Made by a program: the position numbers and the translations under genes. The notes under the pieces were generated by a model. That model saw only the letters and a list, made by a program, of their open reading frames with translations, did not search any database and was not told the DNA's origin. A stretch of 61,495 nt of DNA, the filler included, from Hausera hauseri (lineage: Eukaryota): assembly GCA_046269625.1 (NCBI GenBank). It is 12 parts of 12 records of this genome, joined end to end, with 100 filler letters (N's around TTAATTAATTAA, not from the genome) between each part and the next. Parts side by side here need not be neighbours in the genome. Positions count along the whole stretch, not along the records: positions 1 to 4,012 come from JBJURY010820863.1; positions 4,113 to 8,219 come from JBJURY010758540.1; positions 8,320 to 14,671 come from JBJURY010108876.1; 9 more parts are not named here. The stretch is one strand, 5' to 3'. The stretch's first letter is position 1. Each line of letters begins with the position of its first letter. Positions 1-11,940 of this stretch are shown here, one piece after another.

Positions 1-884
1 TCAGGTTCTGTGTCAGTGGTTTCATGCTCTTTATCTGTATCAGATATACTTCCAATCATTTCAACCTGTTTCTTCTTTTGATTCGATTGTCCTTGATTAG
101 GGCAAGAACGAGCCATATGTCCATATTTTTGACATGAAAAACATAATGGCTGTCCATCTTGATTGACCGGAGGCTTCCTCATGGCCGATTTCTGAGGTTG
201 ATTCTGCCAAGAAACCTTTTTCTGCTGTTGTTCCGGTTGACTGGGATACTTCTGAAAAGGCTTTTGCTGAAAATTTTTCTTTTGTTGAAAATTTTTCGGC
301 TTCTTATCATCACTTTTGGGATGCTTTTTAATACTCTCGAGTCTTTCATAATTGACTTCAATTTTCCTAGCCTTACTGACGGCTTCTTTATACGTGTCCG
401 GATCTGCAACAATAATGTAGTTCTGGATTTCTTTATTGACACCATAACAGAACTGAGCTAGGAGGGCATCTTCCCTTATATCATCATCTGCATAGGCTCT
501 CTGAGCCAATTTCTGAAGGGCACATGCATACTCTTGCACGGTTTCGCCTTTCCTTTGACGTCTTCTATTGAATTCTCCAATTCGACCCTTTCCTGACGGG
601 TCTACTAAGAGCCTTTCCTCAAGAGCGTCCTTAAGGCTAGCCCAATCAGCCTTATCCTCATCTTCTTTAATTTGTGAAAAGGCACTAAGTGCCATTCCTT
701 TTAAATGTAAAGGGAGACGTTTTATCCGATGCTCATCTGTCCACGCAAAACTTTCTGAATAGGTTTCATATTGTAATATGAATTCGCTGTAATCCTGATC
801 TGGTTTACCTTCGAACTTGTCCATTGGCAGCACCATTGTACCATTTAAGTTGGCACCTAAACTAGTACCTAATCCTGAGGACAT
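1..884 (-). CDS. gag: LTR-retrotransposon gag (capsid MHR + CCHC zinc knuckle), runs off the window start
   Basis: Manual translation from ATG at 884 is open to base 1: MSSG...KFEGKPDQDYSEFILQYE...RQRKGETVQEYACALQKLAQRAY...QFCYGV...CFSCQKYGHMARSCP. Missed by the ORF track because no stop lies in the window. Confidence 0.92.
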   Translation of the reverse strand, partial: MSSGLGTSLGANLNGTMVLPMDKFEGKPDQDYSEFILQYETYSESFAWTDEHRIKRLPLHLKGMALSAFSQIKEDEDKADWASLKDALEERLLVDPSGKGRIGEFNRRRQRKGETVQEYACALQKLAQRAYADDDIREDALLAQFCYGVNKEIQNYIIVADPDTYKEAVSKARKIEVNYERLESIKKHPKSDDKKPKNFQQKKNFQQKPFQKYPSQPEQQQKKVSWQNQPQKSAMRKPPVNQDGQPLCFSCQKYGHMARSCPNQGQSNQKKKQVEMIGSISDTDKEHETTDTEP

Positions 885-1025
885 GTCGTAATTCTGTTCT
901 CTTTCTTGAAGATTTACTTGGAAATTTTCGTCTGATTCGGAACTACTCCTTGCCGAGTCAGTACTTGAAACTGTATTATTAGCGTGTATACGTTTACTTC
1001 GTAAAGAATACGACGCCAGTATGCC

Positions 1026-1043
1026 TCCTCACTCGGGGCACCA
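1026..1043 (-). promoter_or_regulatory. Primer-binding site complementary to the elongator tRNA-Met 3' end
   Basis: Minus strand TGGTGCCCCGAGTGAGGA, 1 nt after an LTR-like ...TTATCA end. Matches the metazoan tRNA-Met(e) end TCCTCACACGGGGCACCA with 1 mismatch (recalled). Confidence 0.85.
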
Positions 1044-1044
1044 G

Positions 1045-1770
1045 TGATAAGCTTATGGGTTATAAAAGAAGTCTGGGTTTTATCAACCCTAAACTTATAC
1101 TATAAAACGATAATACTCTAAGTAGTCTAGGGTAATTTACTCCCAAGACCTTACTCTTTATTAAGTCTTTTAAGCAGCCTGTGGGGTCTGCTTTAGAAGT
1201 TAATTTTAACTTACGTGAGTATCGATCACTAGGAGGTACACTAGTGTCGTATCCCCGGATTTTATTTTGTAGGTTAGACAACCGTCTTATGGACGGAATA
1301 CCAAAAAGGGGCCCTAAGTTTATTTGACTTTTAATTATCCTTATAATTTACACTAGAATTAAAGAAATAAAATTATATTAATTGAACTAAAAACACTGTA
1401 CAAAAATAAAAACATACTTACATGAGTTGAAGAAATACATAGCGACGGTATACGACAAAGAAAAGAATTAAGAATTATGAAATTCAATGTAGTGGTAGCG
1501 TTTATATACTAAATCAAGTAGTTGCAAAATCACAAGATAATTAGTGATAATTACAAAAAATTAAATTACATCATATGATAAATCAAATAACATAACAGTT
1601 AATCGGCTACTAATTACTACACACGCAGCACGATTAATCTTAATGATTACGTCATTAATTTTATGCGAAATCCATTATTTTGATCACAAATAAAATCAAA
1701 AGTCATAAACACATGTCAAAAGTCATAAACACATAATGATTTGCAAATTCAGGTCAATTTGTTGTCAACA
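1045..1770 (-). repeat. LTR (TG...CA, ~726 bp)
   Basis: Minus strand starts TGTTGAC directly after a polypurine tract and ends TTATCA just before the PBS. TATA-like TATATAAA near 1501-1508; 20-bp tandem repeat near 1698-1735. Confidence 0.8.
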
Positions 1771-4012
1771 TTTCCCTCCTCAGATTGTGTTGTCCTCAAC
1801 ACCAGCGGGTAAGTTTCCAAGACTCCGTTATCATATCTGTAATTGGCGGAATCTAACCGCAACCATTGTTTTCCTTTCCGGATTTTTTTCTTTAAAGTGA
1901 TCGTTTCCTTGGTTGATCGTTTTTTATTTTTCGTTAGATCTATGAAGATAGGCTCGTCAGAACTTATTTCCGGAGACATTTGACTCGTGGTTGGTTGATC
2001 TGAAATTGTAACTTCTGGGGTTTTATCAGTGTCCATCGGTTCAGGAATCGGATTAGAAGGAGTTTTTAATAAGACTTGATGTGGAGCTTTTTTTAAAACT
2101 GGGACTGTTCATTTCCAAAAAAGGTTTTTATAATTGATTCTCGTTCATTGGATTGTTTTTGTTCATGGGTATCATTATTTGTTTTATATTCAAGAATTGA
2201 TTCGTAGACTTTTAACATTACAAGAGCTTTTTCTCGGGTACGGAGGGGATAGACTATATCATTGTACTTCATAAGAATTTGTTTTTGGGTAAGCTTTCTT
2301 TCCGGGTTTATTTCGCAATGATACTGCAAGTCACGGATACCATGAATAGCATTAATATCAACCAAATCCAGATGCAAGTTAGTGTTATATACATCCATTC
2401 CAACTATAAGTTTTCCATTTAATTTTTGCCTGATTACCGATCTTATTTGGTGAGCATCCATTTGTCCTTGTATATCCATTTCCTTCAATCCTGTAATTTG
2501 ACTGTTATAATTATCAATTCTGTCTCTCGGAGTGATTACTTCATCGAGGATAATGTTTCCCTGTAAGTCCATAATGGTTATTTCTATCAACGTTATTTCT
2601 TTATTTCGTAATGGTGTTAATAGGTAGGCGGAATTAACTGCTACGATATATATTCTATTTTCTCTTACTTTTGGTAATCGACAGAAAGACATTCCAGATA
2701 CCAATTGTTCTCGGTTTGGTAGGTTAGAAGGGTATAAGGGTTTTTCGTACTCTATTTCAGGTAAATTTTCTCTGCGAGTCACTTCGATATATACAATTGC
2801 GGATTGTCCTCCACATGTTCGTAGTATTATTGTAACATTTTTGTAGAATCTTTTGTCTAATCTGACTGTCGAAAATAATGGGACTTCGAGAATATCTGTA
2901 AACTCATTCAGGTGGGCTCTACTTTTTAACTGTAATTTTTCTTTTGCTACTGATATATAGACAGAGGTTGTTCGGCTAGAGATGTCAATAAGGTCCGAAA
3001 GTTTTGTCGATGCGTTTGGCAATTTGATGATTAGTCCGGCTCTCTGATCTACTAAATGACCTTTTAAGTTATTTGGGATGAGGCTGGCTTTTCCGAAGTA
3101 CATGTAATCCTTTTCAGTGGTCTGATTGATATTATTAATAATATTGAAGTAGAATGATTTTGCTCTGTCGACTGATTCTGAACCTTCTTGAACTAAAAAG
3201 AAACAAATTAATATCAACCAAGAAAGATTTAGAAATGGTTTATAACTGTAAATTTGTTTATTTGATTTACAATTATGGTAGGTCGTAAAAATTTCAACGG
3301 CCTTGTCTTGTAACGCTGTACAATAATGTACAATTACGTTTGTGGATCGACTCACTTGTCGGGTAATCTTTTTATTTTTCCGATTCTCATCGGTAAGCAT
3401 TAACGGATGATTTTGCCGTTCATATTTAGTCAAATTTACAGCTTGACAATTATTATTATCAAACGATTCATGTTCGGCAATCTGCCGATTATCATTGTTT
3501 AAAGGAGGCGCGCCTATACTATCTGATATATCTTCTTGGGAGTTTTCTCTTAGCAATTTTAATTGTCTTATTATCTCTTTTGTTTTACGTTGTCGCCGTC
3601 TAACTCTAGAATAATAAATTACTGGGGGCAGAAGTAAACCTAATATTACTAATAAAACACTTAATGCAACGAGTATCCAGAAGTATTTATCAGTGTTTAT
3701 ACTATTTTTTTGTGTAGTTATTCTTACTATAATTCTAGGAGTAGTTATCGTCTGTTTTAAAGTCTTCTCTGTACGAAAAACTGTTCGTAATTTTTCTCCT
3801 TCGTCATCTAATTCTATTATGACGACTTTATAGTTTGTGTCAGCCCTCAGGAACATACACGCAGATGTCGGTTCTTCAGGAGTTAAAACTCCTTCACTAA
3901 TCACTTTATGGTTGAGATGGCATTCAAATTTTATATTTGTGTTCTTCAGGTCAGGCACTGTAATAACTAATGAATGACTCGTTGGTTGGATAATTATATC
4001 CAGTTCTTTAGT
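1749..4012 (-). CDS. 3' accessory ORF of LTR element: FN3-like domain, TM helix, basic stop-transfer, degenerate REX4/ISG20-like DEDDh exonuclease domain (5'-truncated; probable 1-nt frameshift near 2093)
   Basis: Frame is open from contig end 4012. LRADTNYKVVI resembles the FN3 LxPxTxY motif. TM FWILVALSVLLVILGLLLPPVIYY followed by RVRRRQRK. ITIMDLQGNIILDEVITPRDRIDNYNSQITGL...KLNGKLIVG...IRDL follows the REX4 pattern. The 95-aa ORF 1749-2036 extends upstream to ~2100 in the -1 frame. Confidence 0.7.
1771..1781 (-). promoter_or_regulatory. Polypurine tract
   Basis: Minus strand GAGGAGGGAAA abutting TG of the LTR. Confidence 0.75.
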
Positions 4013-4112
4013 NNNNNNNNNNNNNNNNNNNNNNNNNNNNNNNNNNNNNNNNNNNNTTAATTAATTAANNNNNNNNNNNNNNNNNNNNNNNNNNNNNNNN
4101 NNNNNNNNNNNN
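4013..4112. other. Artificial contig spacer (N44-TTAATTAATTAA-N44); also at 8220-8319, 14672-14771, 21748-21847, 25868-25967, 30738-30837, 37984-38083, 43708-43807, 48547-48646, 52997-53096, 57452-57551
   Basis: Identical 100-bp linker with stops in all six frames, present 11 times. Confidence 0.99.
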
Positions 4113-4169
4113 GTCGTAATCTTGAATGCTTTTTATTTCTTCTTTATCTAAAGGTCACTAATTTTATGT

Positions 4170-4188
4170 ATCCCGGGTCACGGCACCA
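4170..4188 (-). promoter_or_regulatory. Primer-binding site complementary to the tRNA-His 3' end
   Basis: Minus strand TGGTGCCGTGACCCGGGAT, 3 nt after ...TTGAACA. tRNA-His ends ...GTCACGGCACCA. Confidence 0.8.
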
Positions 4189-4191
4189 GTT

Positions 4192-5167
4192 TGTTCAATA
4201 CCATGTAAATTTATATTGGGAGAGCATTATTTATTTTGTGGAAATTCGTTTATAAATTTACGGGGAACAAATGACTTCGTTTAATACGAAGAGGTGGGAG
4301 AAGATGAGCGAGATAGAGAGCCTGGTGACTTACCTATCTACTAGAATGTAATGTGTAATGAATCCCCGTGAAAATTTTAATTACTCTCTATGGTTTATTA
4401 TCTTATCTGTTAATTAAGATTATTTGGGCCGCCGACAGATAGTGGATCTGGTCGACTAACGTTTACTGACTCTATTTATTTACTGAACTTTACTTGAAAT
4501 CACACAAATGATAAATGACAATCAAAATGATATATTAAAAGACAATAGAAAAATGCATACTTGAAGCTGACATATCAATAATAACAATCAAAAAATGTTC
4601 AGAAGGTTTAAAATCATACGGGTATTTATACCCTCAATGTCTCATGTAAAACATACAGAAATTTCCTGTTTATTTAATAAAAATTGACAGGTTGTCTAAA
4701 TTAGGACAGAACACATTATGTATAAATGAAGTAAATTACAAATAGGATCAGATAAGTCACAAGTATGATTTGCACATCATAATTTTAAATATTTCATACA
4801 TCATAAAGTCTAAATCAGAATTAGCAAAGTCAAAGTTCAGTTTATCAGTAGCGAAATCAAAGGTTCACTTCATTAAATCAAGGTTTATCAGAGGTTCACT
4901 TCATTAACTCAAGGTTTATTTCATCATAAGGGACTTTATTACTTGTTTAATAAACAGAACTTTTAAATAATACGTCATTTCGCACATCTTCAATTTCCTT
5001 CACACAAGAAAACCAATTTTATCTCAAAATGTGGATGTTTTGTAAGAAATAGTCAGAAAGACATGGAAAATATAATTTTGATTAATAATATGAAAATTCT
5101 TTGCCAACAAAGCCAAAATAACACAATTGGAACTTTTAAACGAGACAGCATTTCGCACTTGTTCACA
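4192..5167 (-). repeat. Probable LTR of a second element
   Basis: Ends CA before the His PBS. TATAAATA near 4624-4631; 31-bp tandem repeat 4861-4920. 5' boundary tentatively TGTGAAC after GGGGAAGA (5168-5175). Confidence 0.5.
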
Positions 5168-5664
5168 TCTTCCCCATTACGTTTAGGAATTTTGAACTTT
5201 GAAAAAAATTTCTTTTATTTTTTCATTTTACTTTAAACACCAACTGGAGTCGATTCCACCCAAAGCAATGCTTGAAAAGTGAGCGGTTTTGACATTTTAA
5301 AAGACAGAAAGCAGAAATTCAGTGACTTTGTTTTAATATTTAGCGCCCAATCTGCTGATGTAATTTTTGAGTAGAAACTTTACCTAGATGCTGAAATATG
5401 TTGTTGTAAAATGTGAACTTACGTTGGCGACTAGACGGATCGATTCGACCCATAATTTGATTATAGTACACATTTGAAGCATGAGCTTACATGCCACTAA
5501 TAAATATTGAGCAACACATGAATATAAGATTAATATTTATTTCACCAATATGTTAAGTCATTATGGCATTGTTACAATATCAGTTTAGTGGGTAGAACAT
5601 TTACACAGGAGTGCATCTCAGGAGTTTCTCAGCAGATCATTATAAAGTAAAAATTTAGTCAGGC

Positions 5665-7020
5665 TCAACAGTTTGAACAGACGTACACTGCGCAATTGTT
5701 ACAGATTGGATTGCTGCACTGTTTACAACGCTGCACTGTCTTGTTAGTCTTACACTGTCGGCAGAATACTCTGGCACTTGTAGTGGCCGATGGTACTGAT
5801 GACTCGTTCGCAAGAAGACGTATATTGTTTTTCTTATCCAATTCACCACCACATAGCTCTACACCTAACATCTTTAAAAACTGTCGACGAACTTTTTTGG
5901 AACTTTCAGTAGTATGATACCAGAGAACAAATGCATTGAAAACCGTCGCATCAATCATGTGTTGAAAAACGTACTTTGGCCAGCGACAAGTGCGTTTGCG
6001 AGATGTGTAAATTGCACACATCTGGTCAAGGTGGTCGACTCCACCTTTCCATTTATTGTACGAATAAATAATTTCTGGCTTTCCACTACTAGCACTGATA
6101 TCGCCTGCTGTATGCTCACTTGACAATATTAAAACTCGTCTATTCTTCCGTGGTACATGCGAGACGAGAGGATCTAGCCTTATGGTTTTTACTTGAGAAT
6201 TCTGTTGGCACCTTCCAGCGATCCATCTGAGGGTTCCAATAAGTCCCAAGCTCCTCATACGAAGTTCATGAAGCACTGCGAGAGAAGTAAAGGAATTATC
6301 TGTAACCACTGTTCTGCCTACAGTGAGATTTAAGACAACTTGGTAACCCAACCAGTTGCACGTCCAGTATCTTTGTCGATACGTAAGTATGGTTTCATTC
6401 CGAGAAAATACCCCGTGCTGGCATGATATAGGCACGAGAACTTCAAACAATACTTATCAGGCTTCTAAGGCATATATTGTTTGAAGCTTCATCGCCGTCG
6501 AAATGGTACAACGTCTCATCAACAGTGACATATTCACAGAGAATGAACTGTTTTGACAGCTGTTGTACCCATACATACAAGTCATACAGAGCTCTTATGG
6601 GCACAAATTTAGAATGTAGTTGAAGAGTTGATCTAGTACTAATTATATCAAATCTAAGATATTTTGTAATCACTTTAAAGCTAGTGCCCGACATGAACTG
6701 ACATATGCATCTGCATCCTTCAGGTTCTGACCAGACTGCCCGGATTGGATCACCACAACCCTTATAAACTCCTATTAGAATCTTTACTCAGATATAAGTT
6801 TCCCTTTCCTTCCTGCTAGTCACGAACTCTGCATTACTACTATGGGCCTTCTCATTACTGCACACATTAACATTATTCAGAATCTGATCAGTTATGTAAA
6901 TTTTCCAGTTTAAGAGAGCCGTGTTTCCACAATGATGACGACCAAACGCTCTTAGTCCACCAGCAGCTCTCATCATGTTAACTGCCTGACGACGACCTTC
7001 TGCCAAAGAGTCAGCATACC
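5665..7020 (-). mobile_element. piggyBac (PGBD4-like) transposase, frameshifted
   Basis: YVTVDETL, VVTDNSFTS, YNKWKGGVDHLDQM, RKRTCRWP and C-terminal Cys-rich domain CRQC...CKQCSNPICNNC...CSNC, spread over several frames. Confidence 0.9.
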
Positions 7021-7579
7021 CACTGTATCACCCCTGCTGTCAAATTGTTCTCAATATCTTTAACCTACTGCTTCGATGCATTCATCAAAATGCGTTTTTG
7101 GATCCAAATCTATTCTAACCCCGTCATCTTCATCACTTTCTGACACAGTTGCTGCTGTTGTGTTTGCTGCTGTTCAAACGACTCTTTGTATGAAAAATCA
7201 TATGAGGATGGTGACAGTTTACATTAATCATACTTGTAATCAACATCTGAAATACTATTATCGCTTTCGTGACTACTGTTTCCAGAAATATTATCATCAA
7301 TATCATCGATATCATCCATTCTCAAAATTATATCTAATGCTTTTTGAGAACTAATTAGCCGATCCTAAATGCTGAAATTTTGTTCCACACAAATTTTGCT
7401 TTATGACCTATTTTACATTGTGAAAAAGTAAATTTGCATTATATTTCGTTCACATGTGGTTATGAAATAAAATTATATTGCTTCAGATGTAACATTTATT
7501 TTCAGAAATGAGTGATTTTTTGTGAAGTGCGTTTATATTGTTAATCACTTTCACGAATCAAACCACAAATGTAATCTCT

Positions 7580-8050
7580 CATCATGTTCTTGTTGTACTG
7601 TCCTTCGTAGAGATGTTCGAAGTTAATTATATCCTAATGGAAGCGCTCGCTTTGCTCCTCTGAATACGCTTCCATGCTCTCGTTGAATCTATCAAGAATA
7701 TGAACTTTGAGGGACATTTTGCATCCCATTTTGCAGTACTTCTTTACCACAGTCTCAACCAGGTTCACATAGTTTTGGCTTTGTTGTTAACGAGAAAACC
7801 GTGAATCACTGCGCCAAAGCTGTTTCAGACCTCTTTCTCCTTCCTGGTAAGCTTCTTCAGAAAATCACTGCATTTCAAGATCTTTTTTATATTTGGTCCA
7901 ACGAAGACACGAGTTTTGACCTTAACCTCAGACAGCTTAGGGAAATTTGAAGAAATTTGAACGCTGGTGACTCTTTATGTAGAGCTGTGATGAATTGTTT
8001 TATGAGGTTCTGTTTGATACGCAGTAGAGGCAGCAGCACATTCTGGTGGG
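7580..8050 (-). mobile_element. Chapaev/Chapaev3-type (CMC) transposase C-terminal relic
   Basis: Manual translation: VLLPLLRIKQNLIKQFITAL...FPKLSEVKVKTRVFVGPNIKKI...GFLVNNKAKNY...GCKMSLKVHIL...SEEQSERFH*D, matching LPPLHIKLG...FPKLS...GIFVGPQI...MSLKxH...SDEQGERFHQD. Confidence 0.8.
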
Positions 8051-8959
8051 TCAACCAATAGCCCGCTGCAGCCAGTCCCTCCTATTATAGTGTACCTTGG
8101 TGTCCCTGCTATCCCAAAGGCGAAGTTAGCAAGAAAATTTGATAAAACCGCCTTAGAGACCCATCAGAAATGCCACCATTTTAAAGTTTTTGATGACCTC
8201 CCAGCTATACTTGTCATACNNNNNNNNNNNNNNNNNNNNNNNNNNNNNNNNNNNNNNNNNNNNTTAATTAATTAANNNNNNNNNNNNNNNNNNNNNNNNN
8301 NNNNNNNNNNNNNNNNNNNTGAGACATTTCACGACCGATACAATCAAACAGTTTCGTATTCTGCGCTGGTAAATCGACAGATTGCTGTTGCACGGTCGTT
8401 TCGTTTAACTTTAAATCCACGTTTAATTGATTTAGAGCATCAGAAAGTTTATCCAAATTTTCACCGAAAGTCGTTTTACACGAAAGTTGTACTTGGGTGC
8501 ACATAGAGACTCTGGATCATTCAATGACATCAGTACGGGCGTTTGCAGAAAATGCATTTCATAGTTGCGAAAAATTCGTTTCGGTAAAAATATCTGTGTT
8601 TGGCGCGACGACGCCGACGGTTTTGATTTTTCTCGTTTACGTATTCCACCAATCATTGCATTTCGTCTTTTCAACGTCGATTTTGCTGCTGCTTTCTGAG
8701 CAAGTTCTTGTTTTGTTTCCAGACAATTGGCCTGCAGACAATCACCCGGTTTTTCTAATTGTTGTTGGACAGGTCGTTCCAGCAGTTTGACATTAGTATC
8801 GTCTTTTTGGTTGTAGCCAAACAACCACAACCAATCTGAACTTTCATCATCATCATTGGCGTCATTGAGTAGAATTGTTTTTTCGTTGTCTTCCATAGCA
8901 GTAATGTCTGAATGGGCATGGGAATGGTATTTATAGTTTGTTGTTGTTGTGCGATATAC

Positions 8960-9435
8960 ATTACTTTGATTCAGTAAAAAATTTATGTAATTTTTAATTT
9001 GATTAATAATAGGTTCATAGTCCACTCTCCGAATACCAAGTACAGCAATTTTTCCAGTGCTAAACACATTGGCACAAGGTAGACGAAGCGATATCAGTCT
9101 CAGTGCAGGAAAGAGTTTGGGTTTATGCATACATTCAGTTGCAGCGACTATTGCTAATTTGTACAGATTGATTGTTTGGTTGTAGTCTAACTGAGTCGTT
9201 CCGTTATTGATTGTATTTTGCAAATGACAATTCCGAATGGTGGTAGTTTACTGTTGTCACCTGTGATTGGTTTGGGACAACCCATAATACGACACTTTCC
9301 TGATTGAAATACGATGCATGTAAAATTCGGTGGACACCGGAGGACATACTGCCTCGGATTCCACGGATTAAAAGGTAATGTGTTTATGTCACACCACTTG
9401 GCAACACGTCCGCGGTAAATGATATTAGCTATCAT
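8960..9435 (-). pseudogene. TATA-binding-protein (TBP)-like two-repeat protein, frameshift near 9200
   Basis: Repeat 1 IANIIYRG...TCIVFQSGKCRIMG. Repeat 2 KIQSIT/..INLYKLA...HKPKLFPALRL...ANVFSTGKIAVLG (TBP: IQN...IRLE...YEPELFPGL...IFVSGKVVLTG). Confidence 0.8.
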
Positions 9436-9531
9436 TAAGGATATATTGTTTATACTGTAACTATTGATATGCGCGTGTGTAAAACGATTATAAGCAAATC
9501 ATGTGGCGAGGAAAGGTTGTATTATTATTAG

Positions 9532-10191
9532 ATGAAGCTGCAGAATGATGCCATTTTTCAGATTGTAGGCTCCAGTTGAAGTGGCAAAACACACTTTGTA
9601 TGTAAACTATTGCAGAACTACCGTGACATGTTCCATTCATCGCGGTACAATCATATATACTGGCATCAAGGTGTTGGTGATGATGGTGAGTCCAGTTTGA
9701 AACATCGTGAATTTTGTAAACTGAAATCGATAACGGTATTTGATGGGTTTGATGAGAACTGGTCAGAGAGATTACGCAACGGTGACGTTATTGTCATTGA
9801 CGATTTATTTCAGGAAGCCGCGAAACAATGGGATTTCAACATCCTGTTCACGAAGATTGCATGACACCGCGGTGTGACGGTTATTTTAATTACGCATAAC
9901 ATGTTCCACCAGGGCGTCCAGCATAGAACAAGAAATCTAAACGTACACTATTTGGTGTTGTTTAAAAATCCCCGTGATCAAACTATCATTCATTATGTTT
10001 TACGACAAGTATTTCCTCACAACCGAGCCTACTTGATAGATGCATATCATAATGCTACGAGCAAGCCACATGGATATCTGCTTATTGACTTTACACAACA
10101 GTGTCCCAACGACATGCGTGTACGAACAGATATTTTCAATCAGAAGGGTGGTGCATGTGTCTATAAACAAATTCGAAAATCAACGACATGA
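9532..10191 (+). pseudogene. Polinton packaging ATPase (FtsK/A32-like)
   Basis: Walker A IVGSS*SGKT, Walker B VIVIDDL, FTKIA*HRGVTVILITHN, YLVLFKNPRD, KPHGYLLIDF. Two in-frame TGA. Confidence 0.9.
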
Positions 10192-10403
10192 TTATGACAA
10201 AACGGAATGAAGAATTCCCAAAAAACAATTGTTAAATGTAAACAATCTACTACCAAGCGGGTGTCCGGCAGCAAAAAAACGCGTATCAAAACGAACCACC
10301 GCTACAATCAAGCGATTAATCAATTCTGTGCTTCGAACAGCAAAAGCAGCTGCTAGGCGCAAATTACCATCAAAGTGGCAACGGTTATAAACAAATACGT
10401 CTC

Positions 10404-10754
10404 ATGATCAATACATCCACAAAAAGCATGCAATTCAAACGTAGTCAGCCGTACTTTATTGCTTTGCTCAAGGCATCTACGAGACATAAACGAAACATGC
10501 TACAATCATTTCCACAGTTTGTAGTAGACGATTTGATCGAAATTTTATACAATATCGTTGTGGGTCACGTTGACATTGGTAACGGAAAGCGGAATTTACT
10601 AATGTATCGAAAACAACTCATTGGCCTTGACAACTCCCGTAGTAAAGGACTGAAACGGAAGATTCTGTACCAGCAAGACGGCGGATTCCTTGATGAAATT
10701 CTACCGGTTATCACGTCATTACTGGGTGGACTCATTGGTTCTGCAACAACATGA
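10404..10754 (+). CDS. Small Polinton virion protein with QxGG/FL protease-type site and amphipathic C-terminus
   Basis: EILYNIVVG...KRKILYQQDGGFLDEILPVITSLLGGLIG; position within the Polinton module. Confidence 0.6.
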   Translation: MINTSTKSMQFKRSQPYFIALLKASTRHKRNMLQSFPQFVVDDLIEILYNIVVGHVDIGNGKRNLLMYRKQLIGLDNSRSKGLKRKILYQQDGGFLDEILPVITSLLGGLIGSATT

Positions 10755-10917
10755 TAGTATAAACAATAACGGTAAGTATATGATGATTCGACGATATGGG
10801 TGCATGGTTTTCATCATTTTTCCCCAGTTTACCTAATCTTTCATTTACATTTTACGTTTTAATTGCCGTAATGCTAACAAAAACGAAATCACCAGCGACG
10901 ACAACACCGACGGCAAC

Positions 10918-11940
10918 GATGGGCTGCTTGTGGTTCGACCCGCGTCATCCGTCGGCTATACTGGCGTCGACAAACGTGCAAAGACTGTCAAACAGACTCG
11001 TCAACAAACCCAACGTTGACTCGGGAAACAGTTAGCACACAGCCTAAATAAACCGATAAGAAGGCGGTTTCCAACTCGTGCATACCGTGATTCCGGTGTA
11101 AATAATGTATGACAAATGGATCTGATGGAAATGATTCCGTACGCCAACATCAATGATGGGTATCGTTACGTACTGACATGCGTTAATGTATTCGGTGGTT
11201 TGCACGTGCAATTGCCGTGAAATCTGAATCTGGTAAATATCTTGCCGACGCTGTTCAGACACTGCTAATGCAACAACAACAACAACAACAATAACAACAA
11301 CCGATGCATTTACAAACGGATTTGGTAAGGAATTCTAAACTCGCACATTGCAGCGGTCTTGAAACGGTTCGGCGTAAACCATTACTCGGTGTTTCCCAAT
11401 ACTAGACTGCTCTTGTTGAACGATTTAATCGAACATTGCGCAGTCGCCTAAACAATTTTTTTACGAAACAAGGCAACAAACGCTGGGTCGATGTACTACC
11501 GTATATCGTGGTATCAATAGATTACGGCCAGTTGACGTACTCGATGATTTGAACATGCGGCTTTATCAAAACAACCGACGAGGTCGACAAGCAATTAAAT
11601 ATCGCCCAGAATATAAAATCGGTGCTTACGTATGTATTTCGAAAATAAGTACGACGCCATTCATTAAGAATTTTAATCAGAACTGGAGCGACTACGTTTT
11701 TCGCATTTCGGCAAACAACACAAAACAAACATCTGTCGTGTACGTTTTAGAGGATGAAAACGGTGAGGAAATACGCAGTAAATTCTATGAACAGGAACTG
11801 CAGGTACTGCTTAAGAAACCCTATGTATACCGCATTCAGGAAATTTGACGTTCACGCGGAAAAGGTTCGAATAAACAATATCTCGTCAAGTGGCACGGAT
11901 ACACTGCACCGAGTTGGATTTTTGCATCGCAGATTAAGTG
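10918..11940 (+). pseudogene. Polinton retroviral-type integrase with C-terminal chromodomain
   Basis: WFDPRHP, PIRRRFPTR, QMDLMEM, YRYVLTCVNVF, LQTD, LVERFNRTLR, FIKNFNQNWS, FYEQELQ, then KQYLVKWHGYTAPSWI. Confidence 0.9.

Noticed and set aside
4013-4112. Recurrent TTAATTAATTAA as a biological repeat, CRISPR-like unit or piggyBac TTAA site
   Set aside because: Always centred in N-runs of fixed length: an assembly linker. Adjacency between contigs has no meaning.
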